Assembly: GCA_963713975.1 (NCBI GenBank)
Contig: OY970218.1
Span: 1,472,001 to 1,536,000 of the forward strand
DNA: 64,000 bases
Direction: 5' to 3'
From: an uncultured Chloroflexia bacterium
Lineage (GTDB): Bacteria > Chloroflexota > Limnocylindria > Limnocylindrales > CSP1-4
The notes beneath the pieces are model-generated. The model saw only the letters and a list, made by a program, of their open reading frames with translations, was not told the DNA's origin and searched no databases. The translations under genes and the position numbers were made by a program. This document shows, piece by piece, positions 60,203-64,000 of the stretch (its first letter is position 1; each line of letters starts with the position of its first letter).

Positions 60203-61030
60203 ATGAGCGGTCCGGGGCCGCAGCCCGGCCTCTTCAGGCTTGATGGGCGGGTTGCCGTCGTGACCGGCGCGGCCTCCGGCCTGGGGCACTCGATCGCCGC
60301 CGGCCTCGCCTCCTTCGGCGCCATCGTGGTCGGTGGCGACATCAACGAAGCTGGTCTCGAGGCCACCGTGCAGCGGGTCCGGGCCCATGGTGGCACCGCG
60401 GTCGGCCTTCACTGCGACGTGGCCGACGAGGTCTCGGTCGAGGCCATGTTCGCTCGGGTGGACAGCGAATTCGGGCGCGTGGACATCCTCATCAATGACG
60501 CCTTCACGCCACCGATCCGCGTTGTCCCCGAGACATTCGGACTGGACGACTGGGAGCGGTCATTGCGCGTCAATCTGACCGGCTATTTCCTGTGTGCCCG
60601 CGCGGCCGGGAGGCGGATGATCGAGCAGGGCCAGGGCGGCAGCGTCGTGAACATCAGCTCCATCGCCGGGAGCTCCGGGATGGGGCGAGGCAACTTCGTC
60701 TACTCGGTGGCGAAGCACGGGGTGATCGGGCTGACTCGTGAACTGGCGGTCGAGTGGGCGAGGCACGGGATCCGCGTCAATGCCGTCCAACCAAGCCAGT
60801 TCCTGACACCGGCCCTCAAGGCATGGATCGATGGCCAGTCAGACCCGGAGGCATTCACCAAACACCTCCTTCGAGGTGTCCCGCTCGATCGCCTCGGCGA
60901 CCCGGACCTGGACATGGTCGGGCCGGTCGTATTCCTTGCATCTGACGCGGCCGCGATGGTCACCGGCGTCGTGCTTCCCGTGGATGGTGGCAACCTCGCT
61001 TTCAATGCAGGAGGCAGCAAGCTGTGGTAG
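60203..61030 (+). CDS. Short-chain dehydrogenase/reductase
   Basis: Motifs TGAASGLG, NISS, YSVAKHG, ELAVEW and PVDGG. Confidence 0.92.
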   Translation: MSGPGPQPGLFRLDGRVAVVTGAASGLGHSIAAGLASFGAIVVGGDINEAGLEATVQRVRAHGGTAVGLHCDVADEVSVEAMFARVDSEFGRVDILINDAFTPPIRVVPETFGLDDWERSLRVNLTGYFLCARAAGRRMIEQGQGGSVVNISSIAGSSGMGRGNFVYSVAKHGVIGLTRELAVEWARHGIRVNAVQPSQFLTPALKAWIDGQSDPEAFTKHLLRGVPLDRLGDPDLDMVGPVVFLASDAAAMVTGVVLPVDGGNLAFNAGGSKLW

Positions 61031-61056
61031 CGACAGCGGGCGGCGACGGAGCCACG

Positions 61057-62031
61057 ATGAACGCCTCCCGTCGTGGTCGTACTCGCGAGGCTCTCGGCCG
61101 CGTTTCCCGCGTGCCGGAGATGGGCCTGCTGGTGCTGGTATTGGTGACATTCACCAGCTTCTCGCTGATCAACGGCGGGTTTGCGAGCGGCCCGAACATC
61201 CAATCCCTGTTCATCACGATCGTCTACACGGGGATCGTCGCGGTCGGCGAGGCCATCCTCCTCATCTCAGGCGAGTTCGATCTCTCGGTCGGCTCGGTGG
61301 CGGGCATGGGTGGGATTGTCGCTGGCCTGCTGATGGCCACCGTCGGGTTGCCCGTACCCGTGGCGATGGCCGGGGCGGTCCTCGCGGGTGCGCTGGTCGG
61401 GCTTGCGAACGGCCTCCTGACGGTGAAGATCGGGATCCCGGCATTTGTCACCACCTTGAGCATGCTGTTCGTCGCCAAAGGCATCGGCTACGTGCTCAGC
61501 GGAGGCGATCCCGTCTATCCGCTGCCGGAGGGAGTCGGCACACTCGCCCGGACGGACATCCTCGGGCTGCCATCCTCCATCTGGGTCTTCTTGGCGATCG
61601 TCCTGGTCGCGGACCAGACGATGCGGCACACGACGTGGGGTCGGATGATCTATGCCACGGGCGGCAATCGGCTCACGACCCGCCTCGCGGGCATCAGCAC
61701 GGACCGCGTCAAGATCATCGCCTTCACCCTCTGTGGATCGCTGGCGAGCTTCGCCGGGGTCGTGCTGGTGAGCCGCCTCCAGCGAGCAGACGCGTCCAAT
61801 GGTCTGGGCTGGGAGCTCAACGTGATCGCCGCTTGCGTCGTCGGCGGCGTGGCGCTCGGCGGAGGGGTCGGGACCATCGCCGGCGCGTTCCTTGGTCTGG
61901 TACTCCTGCAGGGCGTTGTCCAGGGCCTCGTGATCATCGGCGTGGACTCGTCACTCCAGCCCGTCGTGGCAGGGGTCGTCCTCGTTGCGGCGGTCGGTTT
62001 CGACGCCTATCGACGGCGCCGGTTCGCGTGA
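61057..62031 (+). CDS. Sugar ABC transporter permease (RbsC-like)
   Basis: Motifs GEFDLSVGS, IPAFVTTL, GRMIYATGGN and ELNVIAACVVGG..L.GG.G. Confidence 0.93.
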   Translation: MNASRRGRTREALGRVSRVPEMGLLVLVLVTFTSFSLINGGFASGPNIQSLFITIVYTGIVAVGEAILLISGEFDLSVGSVAGMGGIVAGLLMATVGLPVPVAMAGAVLAGALVGLANGLLTVKIGIPAFVTTLSMLFVAKGIGYVLSGGDPVYPLPEGVGTLARTDILGLPSSIWVFLAIVLVADQTMRHTTWGRMIYATGGNRLTTRLAGISTDRVKIIAFTLCGSLASFAGVVLVSRLQRADASNGLGWELNVIAACVVGGVALGGGVGTIAGAFLGLVLLQGVVQGLVIIGVDSSLQPVVAGVVLVAAVGFDAYRRRRFA

Positions 62032-62179
62032 ACCTGCAGTCAATGGTCCCACGGGACCAGATCGACCCGTCCACATCCGGTAAGGAGGTGCCTCGGCGAC
62101 ACTCTCGGTGCTAAGAGGGAGTGCCCGATCGGGCCACCCGCGGTTGTGAACTAGTCAGGAATGGCCATTGGAGGAGCGC

Positions 62180-63307
62180 ATGAACTGGAACCGAACGATG
62201 GCGTTGCGGACGCTGGTTGCCATGATGAGCATCATGCTCGTTGCGGCCGCCTGCGGCAGCAGCACCGCCACGACGGCACCGGCCACCGAAGCACCGGCCA
62301 CCGAAGCACCGGCCACCGAAGCACCGGCCACCGAAGCACCGGCCACCGAAGCACCGGCCACCGAAGCACCGGCCGCCAACGCCATCTACACGCCGATGGC
62401 TGCCGCATCGTGCGACGTGAGCGGCAAGAACATCTACTTCCTGTCCGTGCTCAAGGGGCATCCCACGCTGCGCCTGTGGCAGCAGGGCTTCCTCGACCAG
62501 GCCAACGCGCTTGGCTACAAGAGCGCCACGATCGCCTCGCCGGATGACGCCGACTGGGCCAAGACGGTCGCCCTGGGCGAGCAGATCCTCGCGACCGAGA
62601 CCCCGGGCGAGTACGGCATGGTGTTTGGCTTTGTCGACCCGTCCGAGGCAGAGCTCATGAAGAAGTTCGACGACGCCGGCGTCCCGGTCGTCATCGGCCA
62701 TGTCGCAACGCCAGAAGGCACCTATCAGGGCGTCGAGGCGTGGGCAGCATTCATCTCCGAGAAGTGGGGCTCCGCCGCCGCGGACGCCATCGGCGAGAAG
62801 ATCGGCGGCACCGGCACCGTCGCGGTCACTGAGGGCTCGTTCAACGTCCAGGAGGACGCCGTCGCCAAGGCCTTCGCGGACCGGATGGCTGAGAAGTTCC
62901 CGAACGTGAAGGTGCTCCCGCCGCAGGAAGAGGGATTTGATCCCCCGGCCGCGATCGCCAAGGCCGTCGCCATCCTTCAGGCCAATCCCGACGTCGTCGG
63001 TGCCCTCTCGACGACCGGTGCCGGACCGGTCACGTGGGCCGGCGCTGCTGACCAGACCGGTCGCACCGTGTACGCCATCGGGCCGGACATGACCCGACCG
63101 AACCTTGACGCCGTCCGTGACGGCCTGATCTACGGCCTCGCCGCCCAGCCGGGCTACGAGGAGCACCAGGCCGCGGTCGACCTGATCACCAAGTCGCTGT
63201 GTGGCGAACCCGTCACCTACGCAAATGAGCTGCCGGCCCCGATTGTCTTTGCAGACGGGCTGGCCCCGTACTACGAGATCGTCGACAAGGTCGACGCCCG
63301 CAACTAG
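62180..63307 (+). CDS. Sugar ABC substrate-binding lipoprotein (RbsB-like)
   Basis: Lipobox AAAC, an (APATE)6 linker, then a type 1 periplasmic binding fold (GVPVV, GTVAV, ANPDV). RBS GGAGGAG. Confidence 0.88.
   Translation: MNWNRTMALRTLVAMMSIMLVAAACGSSTATTAPATEAPATEAPATEAPATEAPATEAPATEAPAANAIYTPMAAASCDVSGKNIYFLSVLKGHPTLRLWQQGFLDQANALGYKSATIASPDDADWAKTVALGEQILATETPGEYGMVFGFVDPSEAELMKKFDDAGVPVVIGHVATPEGTYQGVEAWAAFISEKWGSAAADAIGEKIGGTGTVAVTEGSFNVQEDAVAKAFADRMAEKFPNVKVLPPQEEGFDPPAAIAKAVAILQANPDVVGALSTTGAGPVTWAGAADQTGRTVYAIGPDMTRPNLDAVRDGLIYGLAAQPGYEEHQAAVDLITKSLCGEPVTYANELPAPIVFADGLAPYYEIVDKVDARN
62276..62374. repeat. Perfect 15-bp tandem repeat x6.6 (APATE linker)
   Basis: GCACCGGCCACCGAA six times (62276-62365) plus a partial copy. 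Confidence 0.97.
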
Positions 63308-63400
63308 CCGAACGCCGGTGGGCGCGGCGGGCTCGTCCCGTCCGCGTCCACCGGTACCAACCGGTCTGAGAGGACTCCCAGGGAACATGTCGTGGATGTC

Positions 63401-64000
63401 ATGAGTGACCATCAGGTTCCGACTGCGGCGGGGCAAGGGTCTGTCCAGGTCGAGGCACCGCCGACCTACGCCCTGCAGATGGACTCGATCGTCAAGACCT
63501 TCGGAGGCGTGCACGCCCTGCGTGGCGTGTCCCTGCAGGTCCGACGCGGCGAGGTCCACGGGCTCGTCGGCCAGAATGGCGCGGGCAAGTCCACGCTGAT
63601 GAAGATCCTCGACGGCTACTATCCCGCTGGATCATTTGCCGGAAGCATCCAAGTCGCGGGTGCCGAGGTGCGGCTGCGGTCCCCCAGAGACGCACAGGCG
63701 GTGGGGATCGCGATCGTGCCGCAGGAGACAACGGTCATCGAGGCAATGACCATCGCGGAGAATGTGCTGCTCGGCGAATTCGCGGCACGCCCATCCGGGC
63801 TGTTTGGTCGCAGTCGCGCGTCCGAACTGGCTGCCAAGTTCTTCCTCGACAACCATCTGCCGCTCGATCCCGATGCCCGCGTCGAGACCTTGAGCATGCA
63901 CCAGAAGCAGCTCGTGATGATCGCGAGGGCCCTGTACACCAAGCCACAGGTCCTGGTCCTGGACGAGCCCACATCATCCCTGACGTCCGACGAGATCGAG
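63401..64000 (+). CDS. Sugar ABC ATP-binding protein (RbsA-like), truncated by the window end
   Basis: Translated by hand: KTFGGVHALRGVSL..RRGEVHGLVGQNGAGKSTLMKIL...IVPQE...LVLDEPTSSLT. Confidence 0.92.
   Translation, partial: MSDHQVPTAAGQGSVQVEAPPTYALQMDSIVKTFGGVHALRGVSLQVRRGEVHGLVGQNGAGKSTLMKILDGYYPAGSFAGSIQVAGAEVRLRSPRDAQAVGIAIVPQETTVIEAMTIAENVLLGEFAARPSGLFGRSRASELAAKFFLDNHLPLDPDARVETLSMHQKQLVMIARALYTKPQVLVLDEPTSSLTSDEIE

Noticed and set aside
62276-62374. Possible CRISPR array
   Set aside because: The repeats are contiguous with no spacers, lie in-frame in a CDS, and there are no cas genes. The same applies to 29641-29703.

Overview
High-GC bacterial chromosomal window with about 58 plausible genes, one tRNA-Thr(CGT), and no CRISPR array, rRNA, integrase or transposase. 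Gene content resembles soil or freshwater Chloroflexota or Actinomycetota, but taxonomy cannot be fixed from the sequence. There are four blocks. (1) 1-19 kb is mixed housekeeping: HtpX, a stand-alone LigD-type polymerase, a 1150-aa pyruvyltransferase-like/GT8/TylF fusion, and a SorC-regulated fba-HAD-dhaL-dhaK operon. (2) 19-24 kb is a USP-CaCA-P2A ATPase calcium operon. (3) 25-46 kb is a dense neighbourhood of ion, anion, polyphosphate and envelope genes: PPK2, two DUF1269-like proteins, two SulP, a ClC-like channel, a double AI-2E, a holin-phosphodiesterase fusion, CPA1 and MscL. (4) 47.3-64 kb, beside the tRNA, is a partly decaying catabolic cluster with five URO-D/MtaA-superfamily proteins, a corrinoid protein, two SDRs, a Gfo/Idh/MocA oxidoreductase, a cupin, a FadR regulator and a sugar ABC importer. 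A duplicated bidirectional promoter/operator cassette (50893-50953 and 59975-60035) links the corrinoid genes to the sugar importer. This suggests a B12-dependent pathway for demethylating methylated sugars or cyclitols, and it is the best candidate here for an undescribed system. All family calls come from recognising motifs by eye; no database search was run.
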